From NCBI GenBank assembly GCA_030427445.1, contig JAUIBQ010000004.1, forward strand, positions 1 through 60,712: DNA of 60,712 nt, in the 5' to 3' direction. The DNA is from a bacterium (GTDB lineage: Bacteria > Patescibacteriota > Saccharimonadia > Saccharimonadales > SZUA-47). Each line of letters starts with the position of its first letter. The first letter of the stretch is position 1. This document shows positions 20,023-30,400 of this stretch, piece after piece. A program made the translations under genes and the position numbers. The notes under the pieces were generated by a model. That model was given only the letters and a program-made list of their open reading frames with translations. It was not told the DNA's origin and made no database searches.

Positions 20023-22827
20023 ATGTCACAGACATCGACACTATCAGTGTCTCGCAAATTTACGAAACCAGGAGAGAAAGCTTACGACTTGCTCGAGTGG
20101 AAGAAGGTTGATTCGGTCTTAACGAATCCAATGACTAAAAAAACTGTATTTGAGCAGCTAGGGGTAGAGTTCCCGGAAAATTGGTCACTAAACGCAATTA
20201 ATATCGTCTCTCAAAAGTACTTTACTGGTACGCCAGGGTCAGATGATCGAGAAGGCTCGCTCAAGCAGCTTATTGACCGTGTCGCTGACACTATTACAGC
20301 TCACGGAAAACAAGAAGGCTACTTCGACACTGACGAAGAGGCTGAAACATATCGTGAAGAGTTGAAGTACATCCTTGCGACGCAGCGGGCTTCATTTAAC
20401 TCACCAGTATGGTTTAACATCGGTGCACCTGAACGATCACAGCAGGCGAGTGCTTGTTTCATTCTTGGTATTGAAGACACCATGGGTTCAATCCTTAACT
20501 GGTACAAAGATGAAGGTATGATTTTTAAAGGTGGTTCAGGCTCAGGTGTTAACCTCAGTCCGATTCGTTCGTCTTATGAATCACTTGGTAAGAGTGCAGG
20601 CACTGCATCTGGCCCACTCAGCTTCATGCGCGGAGCAGATGCTTCAGCTGGTGCTATCAAGAGTGGCGGTAAAACACGCCGAGCGGCTAAAATGGTTATC
20701 TTAGATGTATCTCACCCAGATGTAGAAGAATTTATCTGGTGTAAGGCTATCGAAGAGCGCAAAGCTCGTGTTCTTGAAGAAGCTGGCTTTGACATGAGCT
20801 TGGACGGGAAAGATATCTTCTCTGTTCAGTATCAAAATGCGAACAACTCAGTTCGCGTGACTGATGATTTCATGAAAGCTGTTGAAGAAGACAAAGACTG
20901 GGACCTTGTGGGTGTGAAAGACGGTAAAGCTCATAAGACAGTAAAAGCACGTGATATCTGGAGACAGATTGCAGAAGCTGCATGGGAGTGTGCTGATCCA
21001 GGCCTTCAGTTCGATACAACTATCAATGACTGGCACACAACACCAAACGCAGGTCGTATCAACGGCTCTAACCCGTGTTCAGAATACATGCACCTTGATA
21101 ACTCAGCGTGTAACCTCGCGAGTATCAACTTACTCAAGTTCCTCCGAGAGGACGGTACATTTAACGTTGATGAGTTCAAACACGCTGTAGAAGTTATTTT
21201 CATGGGCCAGGAAATCCTTGTCGGATACTCTGACTACCCACTTGAAACTATCGGCAAGAATGCACGTGCATATCGCGAGCTCGGTATCGGCTATGCAAAT
21301 CTTGGAGCACTTTTGATGGCTCAAGGCTTGCCATATGACTCAGACGAAGGTCGAGCTCAGGCAGCAGCTATTACAGCGCTTCTCACAGGCCACAGCTACG
21401 CTAAGAGTGCAAAGATGGCTCGTAAGGTTGGGCCATTCGCTGGATTTACAAAAGACCAAAAGGGCATGATACGAGTTCTTAAGAAGCATCGTGATGCTCT
21501 AACAGATATCGATGCATCGTTAGTGTCCGAAGAACTGCTTTCTGCTGCGTCAGCATCATGGGACGAAGCAGTTGAGCTTGGTGAGAAGTACGGTGTACGT
21601 AACTCACAAGCATCAGTACTTGCTCCAACAGGTACGATTGGTCTGATGATGGACTGCGACACTACTGGTATCGAGCCAGACCTCGGCCTAGTTAAAGTGA
21701 AGAAGCTTGTCGGTGGTGGAACGATGTCTATCGTGAACCGAACAGTGTCACGTGCACTCGACAACCTCGGTTACAACGCAAAGCAGGCGAAAGAGATTGT
21801 AGATTACATCGACGAAGAGAAAACAATCCTTGGTGCGCCACACTTAAAAGATGAGCACATCGCAGTGTTTGCTTGTTCAATGGGTGATAATCCGATTCAC
21901 TACCTCGGTCACGTGAAGATGATGGGTGCAGTGCAGCCATTCCTTTCAGGCGCGATTAGTAAGACAGTGAACATGCCGGAAGAAGCATCTGTTGAGGACA
22001 TCGAACAACTTCACATGGACTCATGGAAGCTTGGACTTAAGGCAGTTGCAATCTACCGAGACAACTGTAAAGTTGCTCAGCCACTTTCAATGGCGAAAAA
22101 AGAAGGTGCTGATAAGCCAGCTGAAACTGCAGCTCCTGCACCAACAGTCACCGCACCAGTTGAAACGATTACACAACAGCAAGTTTCAGGCGGAGCTGTG
22201 CGTCGAGGATTGCCAAAGATTCGTACTAGTAAGACATTCTCATTTACTATTGCAGATCTTCACGGATACCTCATCGTTGGAGAATACGAAGACGGCAAAC
22301 CAGGTGAAGTCTTCGTGAACACAGCAAAGATGGGTTCAACACTAGCTGGTCTTATGGACTCATTTGCTCGCTCAGTGAGTTATGGTCTCCAGCACGGTGT
22401 ACCACTTAAAGTGTATGTACGTGGGATGACTAATATTTCGTTTGCGCCAGCTGGTATCACAGATGACCCAGATATCCGTACAGCTCGTTCAATTATCGAC
22501 TACATATTCAAGCGACTCGCTAAGAGCTACTTGAGCTTCGATGACCAGTTAGAGCTTGGACTTGCAAGTATCGACGACATGCCTGATACACAAACAAGCC
22601 TCATGACTGATGACGAAATCGTGAGTGAAGCGCCTAAACAAGAGAGTGCGCCTGCACCTCAGCAACAAATGTTTGTACCTGAGACTCCAGCCTCAACTAC
22701 TGCTGAGGCCAAAAAACCAGGTACATCAGACGACGCTCCTATGTGCTATAGCTGTGGTAACCAAACACAACGCAGCGGCTCATGCTACGTATGTACAAGC
22801 TGCGGTAGTACAACTGGCTGTAGCTAG
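20023..22827 (+). CDS. nrdJ: Class II (B12-dependent) ribonucleotide reductase
   Basis: FNSPVWFN, SACFI, SNPCSEY, APTGTI, GAISKTVN, C-terminal TSCPD-like region and CxxC...CxxCG.TTGCS. Confidence 0.95.
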   Translation: MSQTSTLSVSRKFTKPGEKAYDLLEWKKVDSVLTNPMTKKTVFEQLGVEFPENWSLNAINIVSQKYFTGTPGSDDREGSLKQLIDRVADTITAHGKQEGYFDTDEEAETYREELKYILATQRASFNSPVWFNIGAPERSQQASACFILGIEDTMGSILNWYKDEGMIFKGGSGSGVNLSPIRSSYESLGKSAGTASGPLSFMRGADASAGAIKSGGKTRRAAKMVILDVSHPDVEEFIWCKAIEERKARVLEEAGFDMSLDGKDIFSVQYQNANNSVRVTDDFMKAVEEDKDWDLVGVKDGKAHKTVKARDIWRQIAEAAWECADPGLQFDTTINDWHTTPNAGRINGSNPCSEYMHLDNSACNLASINLLKFLREDGTFNVDEFKHAVEVIFMGQEILVGYSDYPLETIGKNARAYRELGIGYANLGALLMAQGLPYDSDEGRAQAAAITALLTGHSYAKSAKMARKVGPFAGFTKDQKGMIRVLKKHRDALTDIDASLVSEELLSAASASWDEAVELGEKYGVRNSQASVLAPTGTIGLMMDCDTTGIEPDLGLVKVKKLVGGGTMSIVNRTVSRALDNLGYNAKQAKEIVDYIDEEKTILGAPHLKDEHIAVFACSMGDNPIHYLGHVKMMGAVQPFLSGAISKTVNMPEEASVEDIEQLHMDSWKLGLKAVAIYRDNCKVAQPLSMAKKEGADKPAETAAPAPTVTAPVETITQQQVSGGAVRRGLPKIRTSKTFSFTIADLHGYLIVGEYEDGKPGEVFVNTAKMGSTLAGLMDSFARSVSYGLQHGVPLKVYVRGMTNISFAPAGITDDPDIRTARSIIDYIFKRLAKSYLSFDDQLELGLASIDDMPDTQTSLMTDDEIVSEAPKQESAPAPQQQMFVPETPASTTAEAKKPGTSDDAPMCYSCGNQTQRSGSCYVCTSCGSTTGCS

Positions 22828-22850
22828 TGTCAGCACTCAAAACAAACAGC

Positions 22851-22889
22851 AAAACCCGCCTAACTCAATAAATAGGCGGGTTTTTATTT
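22851..22889 (+). terminator. Terminator after nrdJ
   Basis: AAAACCCGCCTA...TAGGCGGGTTTTT. Confidence 0.8.
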
Positions 22890-23023
22890 GTAGTATAAAA
22901 TGCAACGATTGTTTCATATTTTCACGCCGTTTAATATTTTAACTTCTTACGATTTCACCGCATTTTACATAAGTACTATCACAATCCTTTACATACTGGT
23001 GGATTACATCTACACTTATCGTC

Positions 23024-23290
23024 ATGACCATAACCATTTTATATCGTAAAGATAGCGAGATGTACCGACCGGTACAAGAGTTTATAGAACTCTGCAGACG
23101 TAAATATCCAGGCAAAGAAATCCAAGAAATTGAACTCGATACACGTGAAGGTTCAGAGCTCAGCCGGATATATGATATAGATACATATCCAGGTGTTATC
23201 GTGAAAGCTGACAATGGTAACGTAGTCGGAACATGGAAAGGTTTACCTATGCCTCTTGTCGATGAAGTTGTGAGTGCGACACTTGCGTAA
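23024..23290 (+). CDS. Small thioredoxin-fold-like protein without CxxC
   Basis: IYDIDTYPGVIV cis-Pro-like motif; TTTACA-17-TACACT promoter. Confidence 0.65.
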   Translation: MTITILYRKDSEMYRPVQEFIELCRRKYPGKEIQEIELDTREGSELSRIYDIDTYPGVIVKADNGNVVGTWKGLPMPLVDEVVSATLA

Positions 23291-23311
23291 GGAGTGCTCT
23301 ATGACTATAAT
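23283..23311 (+). promoter_or_regulatory. Promoter of the T-box/ileS unit
   Basis: TTGCGT-17-TATAAT. Confidence 0.7.
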
Positions 23312-23324
23312 TACAGATAGAAAA

Positions 23325-23550
23325 AGCATTTGAGTGGCTATCAACCACGAGCTGGGAGAAGAACGAGCAATCAATTAGACCTCCCCGGACTCCTTCCGTA
23401 AGTAGAGTAATCAAGTAAAACATGAGATGGTACCGTCCTGTAGTGAGCTTTCGGTATTACCTCGGTCAAGTAGCCGAGGTAATCAATCGCAAAGCGATAA
23501 CCGAAATTCTACTACAGGACTCTCAGCTGGAAACAGCTGATTTTTTATTT
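23325..23550 (+). promoter_or_regulatory. Ile T-box riboswitch (ultrashort Stem I) with terminator
   Basis: GTGG-CTATCAA-CCAC with ATC specifier (23340-23342); GAAGAAC/TAGA Stem II; TGAGA-TGGTACC-GTCC antiterminator; TCAGCTG-GAAA-CAGCTGA-T6; upstream of ileS. Confidence 0.85.
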
Positions 23551-23572
23551 TAAGAAGAAAAGTAGATAATTT

Positions 23573-23917
23573 ATGGAAGAATTATTTAAAACACTACAGA
23601 CCATTGTCAATAATAATAGCGTGGTGATTGATAGACCTAAAAATTCACGCCATCCTAGATATGATGATTACGTATATCCTATGGACTACGGATATCTTGA
23701 GGGGACTAAGAGTCAGGATGGTGAAGGTATAGACGTCTGGTGCGGCGAAGCTAACAGAGATGAGGTTTCAGGTATATTAATCACAGCCGATGGATTAAAA
23801 AAAGATAGTGAAATCAAGATATTACTAGGCTGTGACAAGAAAGAAATGAAACTTGCTCATGCCATCAGCAACAGAGGTGGTATGACTGCTGCATTAATCA
23901 TGAGAGGAGATGTATAA
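23573..23917 (+). CDS. Short inorganic pyrophosphatase-like protein
   Basis: IDRPKNSRHP...YPMDYGYLEGT.SQDGEGIDVW resembles family I PPase YP.NYG...T...DGDPLD. Confidence 0.75.
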   Translation: MEELFKTLQTIVNNNSVVIDRPKNSRHPRYDDYVYPMDYGYLEGTKSQDGEGIDVWCGEANRDEVSGILITADGLKKDSEIKILLGCDKKEMKLAHAISNRGGMTAALIMRGDV

Positions 23918-26779
23918 ATGAAATTTAAACACGGGACACGTAGAAGAGCACTCGAATACGAAAAGTATTGGGTTGAACAATGGAAGAAAGACAAGACGTT
24001 CGAGAAGTCTGTCAATCAACGACCAGAAGATAACAGGTACGTATTCTATGATGGTCCGCCATTCATTACAGGAGTTCCTCATCACGGAACACTTCTCGTC
24101 TCTATGATTAAAGATGCGGTTCCTCGCTATCAGACGATGAAGGGTAAACGAGTAGAACGCGTGTGGGGCTGGGATACGCACGGACTACCTGCAGAGAGAT
24201 ATACAGAGAAAAAGCTCGGTCTAAAGTCACGTGAAGATGTCCTTAAATACGGTTTAGAGAACTACATAGAAAAATGTCGAGAAAACATGGTTCAGACTGG
24301 TAGTGAGTGGGAAGACACAGTAGACAGGATAGGTCGTTGGGTGGACTTTAAAGGTGCCTACAAGACGATGGATAAAGAGTACATGGAATCCATCTGGTGG
24401 GCATTCAAGACACTGTATGAGAAAGGGAAGATATACGAAGGTGAAAAGGTGCTCATGTACTGTACTCTCGACGGTACACCGCTTTCAAAAGCCGAAGTGA
24501 CGATGGATGCAGGAGCATACCAAGATATTACTGATCCGAGTGTCTACGTACGGTTTAAACTTGATGATGGGCGTACGATACTTGCATGGACAACAACTCC
24601 ATGGACGCTACCTGCAAATACTGCTCTAGCCGTTAATAAAGGTGTGGCTTACGTAGAGGTTGAGCTTGAAGATGAGACATTTGTCGTTGCTAAAGAGCTC
24701 GCTGAGAAGGTATTTACTGATGAAAAACACAATACTCTTGATTATGAGATAAAGAGAGAGTTTAAGGGCGAGGAGCTAGTAGGACTGAGCTATAAACCAT
24801 TGTTCGTTTATAGAGGTGAGAATGCTCACAAGGTGTGGCATGCCGACTATGTTGAAACTGAAGCAGGTACTGGTATCGTCCACCTCGCACCTACCTATGG
24901 TGAAGAGGACTTTGAGTTGGCTAAACAAGAAGGATTTCCAAGTGTACACGTGCTGGATCAAAACGGCGTGTTTACGGAAGGTGACTGGAAGGGCGAGAAT
25001 GTCTGGGAGATCAACAAGACAATAGCGAAAGACCTAAAAGAGCAAGGCATCGTTTGGAAGATTGACTATATTAGACACAGCTATCCGCACTGTCACCGCT
25101 GTGGCACAAAACTCATGTACAGAGCGCACCCAAGTTGGTTTATGGATATCGATTCTCAGCGCACAAAAATGCTGGAGAAAAACGAACCGATCAACTGGTT
25201 CCCTAATCACATAAAACATGGTCGGTTTGAAAATACTGTCAAACAAGCTCCAGACTGGAATATTTCACGCGATAGATTCTGGGCGACGGCCATGCCTGTA
25301 TGGAAAGGCGAGGATCAAAAGGGAGTTGTTCACACAAAAGTCGTAGGTAGTTATGAAGAGCTAAAGCAGCTCTCGGGAGTCGAGCTAGAGGACTACCACA
25401 GGCCTTATATTGACGATGTAACATTTACAATAGAAGGTATCACTTATAAGAGGATAGATAAGGTTATGGACAGCTGGTTTGAGGCAGGTTCGATGCCGTT
25501 TGCACAGTTCCATTATCCGTTTGAGAATAAGCAAAAGTTCGAACAAAATTTCCCTGGAGATTTCATTGTTGAGTATATCGCACAGACACGAGCTTGGTTC
25601 TATTACATGCACGCGATGAACGTTGCGTTGTTTGGTGAGAATAGCTTTAAGAATGTTATTGTAACGGGAACGTTGGCTGGTAATGATGGTCGTAAGATGA
25701 GCAAAAGTTACGGTAACTACACAGATCCTAACGAGCTCATGGATAAGTTTTCAGCTGATTCACTACGCTTTTTACTGTTATCTAGCCCGCTTCTCAAGGG
25801 TGAAGATTTTTCTTTGCAAGACAAAGAGGTCGGTGATGTTGCACGCAAACTGAGTATGATTTGGAACATGTATGACTTCTTCACTATGTATGCAGAGGTA
25901 GACGGATGGGAGTTTAATGGTGAAGTGACTGATCCTATAAATGATTGTGAAAACCCACTGGATATTTGGGTTATCTCCCGACTACATCAGTTAGTAGAAC
26001 AAGTTGAAGCAAACATGGATGGATATAACATACCAGATGCGATGAGCCCTATCTTAGAATTCATCGACGACGCAAGTAACTGGTACGTAAGAAGGTCTCG
26101 TAGACGTTTCTGGAAGTCAGAGGACGACCAAGACAAAGATATGGCTTACAAGACTCTTCACTACGTGCTCACACGTCTTTCATACGTGCTGGCTCCATTT
26201 ACTCCGTTCTTAAGTGAAGAGCTATATACAAAGCTTACTGGCGATGAGGAGTCGGTGCATCTCAAAGATTGGTGGAATGCTGGTCCGATAAATGAACTTG
26301 TAATGAACGATATGGACGCGGTTCGGGATACAGTAAAAGAAGGACTACGCATGCGTGCACAAAGCCAGATCAAAGTGCGCCAGCCTCTGCAGAGCGTCAC
26401 TGTAAAGAGCATCAGTGAACACTTTGATGTTGTAGAAATATTAACAGAAGAATTAAACGTTAAAGAAGTAAAAACAGGTGATTCAATCAGTATCGATGTA
26501 AATATAACACCAGAATTAGAACTCGAAGGTATCGCCCGTGAAGTGGTTAGACATATTCAATCAGCACGAAAAAATGCAGATTTACAAGTCGGAGATCGAA
26601 TACAATTATGTGTTTCAAGTGATCAGCCGAAGGTCCAAGAGGCTATAAAAGTCCACAAAGAATACATCGCAAATGAGACGCTTGTTGATCGTTGGATGGA
26701 CAATGCAGAGAGTCTGGATTATTCAGACTCTGTGAAGATTGGCGGTGATACACTCACAGTTTCTTTAAGAAAGGCATAG
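23918..26779 (+). CDS. ileS: Isoleucine--tRNA ligase (type 2)
   Basis: YDGPPF..G.PHHGT, GWDTHGLP, WTTTPWTLP, DWNISR, KMSKS, WYVRRSRRRFW; no C-terminal zinc finger. Confidence 0.96.
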   Translation: MKFKHGTRRRALEYEKYWVEQWKKDKTFEKSVNQRPEDNRYVFYDGPPFITGVPHHGTLLVSMIKDAVPRYQTMKGKRVERVWGWDTHGLPAERYTEKKLGLKSREDVLKYGLENYIEKCRENMVQTGSEWEDTVDRIGRWVDFKGAYKTMDKEYMESIWWAFKTLYEKGKIYEGEKVLMYCTLDGTPLSKAEVTMDAGAYQDITDPSVYVRFKLDDGRTILAWTTTPWTLPANTALAVNKGVAYVEVELEDETFVVAKELAEKVFTDEKHNTLDYEIKREFKGEELVGLSYKPLFVYRGENAHKVWHADYVETEAGTGIVHLAPTYGEEDFELAKQEGFPSVHVLDQNGVFTEGDWKGENVWEINKTIAKDLKEQGIVWKIDYIRHSYPHCHRCGTKLMYRAHPSWFMDIDSQRTKMLEKNEPINWFPNHIKHGRFENTVKQAPDWNISRDRFWATAMPVWKGEDQKGVVHTKVVGSYEELKQLSGVELEDYHRPYIDDVTFTIEGITYKRIDKVMDSWFEAGSMPFAQFHYPFENKQKFEQNFPGDFIVEYIAQTRAWFYYMHAMNVALFGENSFKNVIVTGTLAGNDGRKMSKSYGNYTDPNELMDKFSADSLRFLLLSSPLLKGEDFSLQDKEVGDVARKLSMIWNMYDFFTMYAEVDGWEFNGEVTDPINDCENPLDIWVISRLHQLVEQVEANMDGYNIPDAMSPILEFIDDASNWYVRRSRRRFWKSEDDQDKDMAYKTLHYVLTRLSYVLAPFTPFLSEELYTKLTGDEESVHLKDWWNAGPINELVMNDMDAVRDTVKEGLRMRAQSQIKVRQPLQSVTVKSISEHFDVVEILTEELNVKEVKTGDSISIDVNITPELELEGIAREVVRHIQSARKNADLQVGDRIQLCVSSDQPKVQEAIKVHKEYIANETLVDRWMDNAESLDYSDSVKIGGDTLTVSLRKA

Positions 26780-26882
26780 AGCCTCTTTACTTACAGAGGT
26801 AGAACTGGTATAATCTAACCTATTCGTCAAAATAATCTGACCTCTCGGGTACAAAGAGGGGTGAAAACAGGAGAATAAGACA

Positions 26883-27197
26883 ATGGCAAAAGCAGTTGTA
26901 GCATTAGGTGGGTCACAGTACCTTGTGAGTGAAGGTGATACTTTCTCAGTTAACAAAATCAGTGATGCAGAAAATAATAAGAAGATCGAAGTAACCCCTC
27001 TTATGGTGGTTGACGGTGCTTCTTCAAAAGTTGGTGCACCAGACGTAAAAGGCGCCAAGGTAACGCTTAGTGTAGTTCAGGCAGTAGAGAAAGACGACAA
27101 AGTTACGGCAATTCGTTACAAATCTAAGAAACGAGTGCACAAGCGCCGCGGTCACCGACAGCAACTTACGACATTAAAAGTCGATAAAATAGCTTAG
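26883..27197 (+). CDS. rplU: 50S ribosomal protein L21
   Basis: GGSQYLVSEGD, YKSKKR...GHRQ..T. Confidence 0.95.
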   Translation: MAKAVVALGGSQYLVSEGDTFSVNKISDAENNKKIEVTPLMVVDGASSKVGAPDVKGAKVTLSVVQAVEKDDKVTAIRYKSKKRVHKRRGHRQQLTTLKVDKIA

Positions 27198-27215
27198 AGG
27201 CGTATAGCTACAACA

Positions 27216-27246
27216 AATAGAGCCCCCAGTGGGCTCTATTTTATTT
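27216..27246 (+). terminator. Terminator after rplU
   Basis: AAATAGAGCCC-CCAGT-GGGCTCTATTT. Confidence 0.85.
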
Positions 27247-27343
27247 AATTGCAATTCATTGGTAGTGACACTAGGATCACTCTCATTTAGTGCGAAGTAT
27301 TAGGTGCTTGCAGTGTAGTACTCTCGTCAGAGAGTTACTACAC

Positions 27344-27409
27344 TGTGGAAAACTTTATGTAAAAGCGTAAGAAATATACTTGAAATATTGAACAAAATTA
27401 GTGTACACT
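27344..27409 (+). promoter_or_regulatory. Promoter of giant gene 1 with upstream DnaA-box consensus
   Basis: TGTGGAAAA (27344-27352), TTGAAA (27380), 18 nt, TACACT (27404). Confidence 0.6.
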
Positions 27410-27482
27410 AGGGTTGTATCAGAGTAAAAACTGATACAAAGGGCGCGGTTTCGAAGTTAGTCTCGCAACTCTTCGATTCAGC

Positions 27483-30400
27483 GTGTTGCCAACAAACAAC
27501 AAAAAGCAACACGTGAAATATTTAAAAAACAACAAACATAAAAACGTACTATTAAATATATGTACAGCACGGGATGGCAGAGCATCCCTTGCTGGCGTTA
27601 GAGGCCATATACAACGTGTATGGCCTCTTTTCTTTGGTCTAATTTTTCAGATCAGCCGTCGTTCAACCTCACGCGCCCGAGTGTTGAACGACGTTTGTTC
27701 TGAAAAAGTCGTCAACCGAACCCAGTCTTCAACCTCACGCGCCCGAGTGTTGAATGCTGGGTTTGGTTTGCGACGAGCAAAACTCAGTATTCTAGGTCAG
27801 ACCCAGTCTTCAACCTCACGCGCCCGAGTGTTGAATGCTGGGTTTGGCTTTGAATACGCACAACCATCATTGCAGTCAGGATTAACCTCACGCGCCCGAG
27901 TGTTAATCCTGGCTATAGTGATGATGTTGGTTGCCCCTATGGTTATGGCAGTTACTAACGTAGGTATTGCCTCCGCCGCTCCATCCGACACCCTTAACTT
28001 CCAGGGTCGACTCCTCGATGTAAGTGGGGGTCTTGTCTCAGACGGTTACTACAACATAGAGTTTAATCTCTACACTGCAGCAAGCGGTGGATCAAGCATT
28101 TGGACAGAAAGCAGAGAATATAACTCAGGCTCAGGATCATGTACTGGACCTATCAATGGCAATGACTGTCGTGTGAGAGTCTCTAATGGATACTTCTCAG
28201 TTTACCTAGGTGAGGTCACTGCACTACCAAACATAGACTACAGTCAGCAACTCTACCTCACCATGAACATTGACCAAAACGGTACAACAAGCGCAGGAGC
28301 AATTACATACGACGGAGAAATGAACCCTAGATTCAAACTCACTGCAGTACCATATGCTTTCCGGGCTGCTAATGTTGCAAGTGGAGATACAAATGCAGCA
28401 TCAACTGACTCAAGTGACGTAAGTATTACTACTGGTGATGCACTCGGTGCGACAAGTGACTCAGGTGATGTCACGATAGATTCTGGAACAGCAACAGGCA
28501 CTGCAGGTCAGGTACTACTTGGTACTACAAACGCATCAGGTGTCTTAATCGGTAACGCGGGCGCCACAACTACGATTCAAGGGAGTGTGTCGCTTACGGG
28601 TGCAGGCACAGCCCTCACGGTTACGAATGACGCACAGTTTAATGGGGATGTGACTATTGGCTCAGATACGAGCGATTCATTGACCGTAGAGGCTGACGCG
28701 ACGTTTAACGGCTCCCTCACAGTGAGTACCGGTGATGTATTCCAGAATGCAGGTGCGACACTATTTAGCGCGACTAGTATTTCAGATAGAGCCACTGGTG
28801 GCAACATAGGCACGGCAGCAGCTACTGTAGATATTGCTACGACATTCGATGTCAACCAGACGACAGCAGGTCAAACACTTACATTGCCAACTCCAACAAA
28901 TACGGCTTCTGGTCGAGTTGTTTATGTAAACAACGTAGGTTCTGAGAACTTCACGATGTACGGCGAGACGATTGAGACTGGTAGCAGTAGTACATTTATA
29001 TGGAATGGATCTAGTTGGACGACTTCAGTATCGTTCTCTAACACTGGTGTAGACACAGTAGGTGCGCTAGATGGAGTTGCTGCAGCTGCAAACGGTGCGA
29101 CGATTTCTGGTACAACTATTTATCTCCAGTCTGCATCAGCTACTGCTGCTGGATTAGTAAACACATCAGCTCAGACATTTGCTGGCACTAAGACGTTCAA
29201 TAACGGTATTGTATTAGCCGCGAATCAGACCCTCACTGTTACAGGTGGCACAACTGCCAACCGTCCAGGTTCACCAACGGCTGGTATGGTCTATTATGAC
29301 ACTGATACAAACACCCTTCTTACGTATAACGGTACTAAGTGGATCGCGGATCGTGGTGAATACATTATTGTTGCGGCCAATGACTCTACACAAGCTGAGA
29401 AAGACAGTGCTGACTACGTAGCCGATAACACCGATGACCATTTGACTATTAACTCTGCAATAGGTGCACTGAGTAGCGGCGGAGGTAAAGTGTTACTCTT
29501 ACCGGGTACGTTCACGGTAGACGGTTCAATAGAGATAGAAAGCAATGTGACGCTCGCTGGTTCTGGTCAGGAAGCTACGACTCTTATTGCTGAAGCAGGT
29601 GCTTTAGCTGCACAATACGACGTTATCGAAAATGCAAACCCAGGTTCAACTGATAACAACATAACGATCCGTGACCTAACAATCGATGGAAATAAAGATA
29701 ATGTAACTGGTAATGACGTAGAAGGTATCCTGTTTGACACAGTAGGTTCTGGCAGCGGCGCTACGTACGTACGAGGCTTCTTGATCGAGAACATCACAGT
29801 TACTGACACTGAAGGTAACGGTATAGATATCGATACATCCGCAAACGGTTCTATTAAAAACGTAACAGTAAAAGACTTTGGCGTTGCAAATGGTATCCGC
29901 TTGCTCGATTCTGACTACATTAGGGTAGAAGGTAGCGACATAATCGATGGCTTAGCCGACGGACTGTTTATAAGTGCTTCGGACAATAATATTGTGTACG
30001 GCAACTTTATCGATGACAATGGGAATAATGGTTTAGAACTAAATGGAGCAACTCGAGACAACGTTATAGATGGCAACAGGATTACAAATAGTGGTGATCA
30101 TGGTATTGAGCTTGCTGGTGTGGGAGCAAAACAATACAACATTATCAGTAACAACTATATAGGTAATAACACTGATCGAGGATTTACCTCCGTAAATTCA
30201 TATCACAACACTATAACTGGTAACCAATTCTATACAAATGACGCGTCAGGCGTTGATAGTCATATTAATCTTGGTGGATCAGGCGCTAATAACGTCATTA
30301 CTAATAACGTTATCCGTGAAAGCTCAAGTGACGGTTCGGTTTCTATTGCGATTGCGTCTGGCAACGCCACTACATATGTAGCAGATAACCTTATCGACAA

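Noticed and set aside
27665..27904. CRISPR array
   Set aside because: No cas genes in the window; the apparent spacers are self-complementary stems, partly duplicated (copies 2 and 3), uneven in length and in frame
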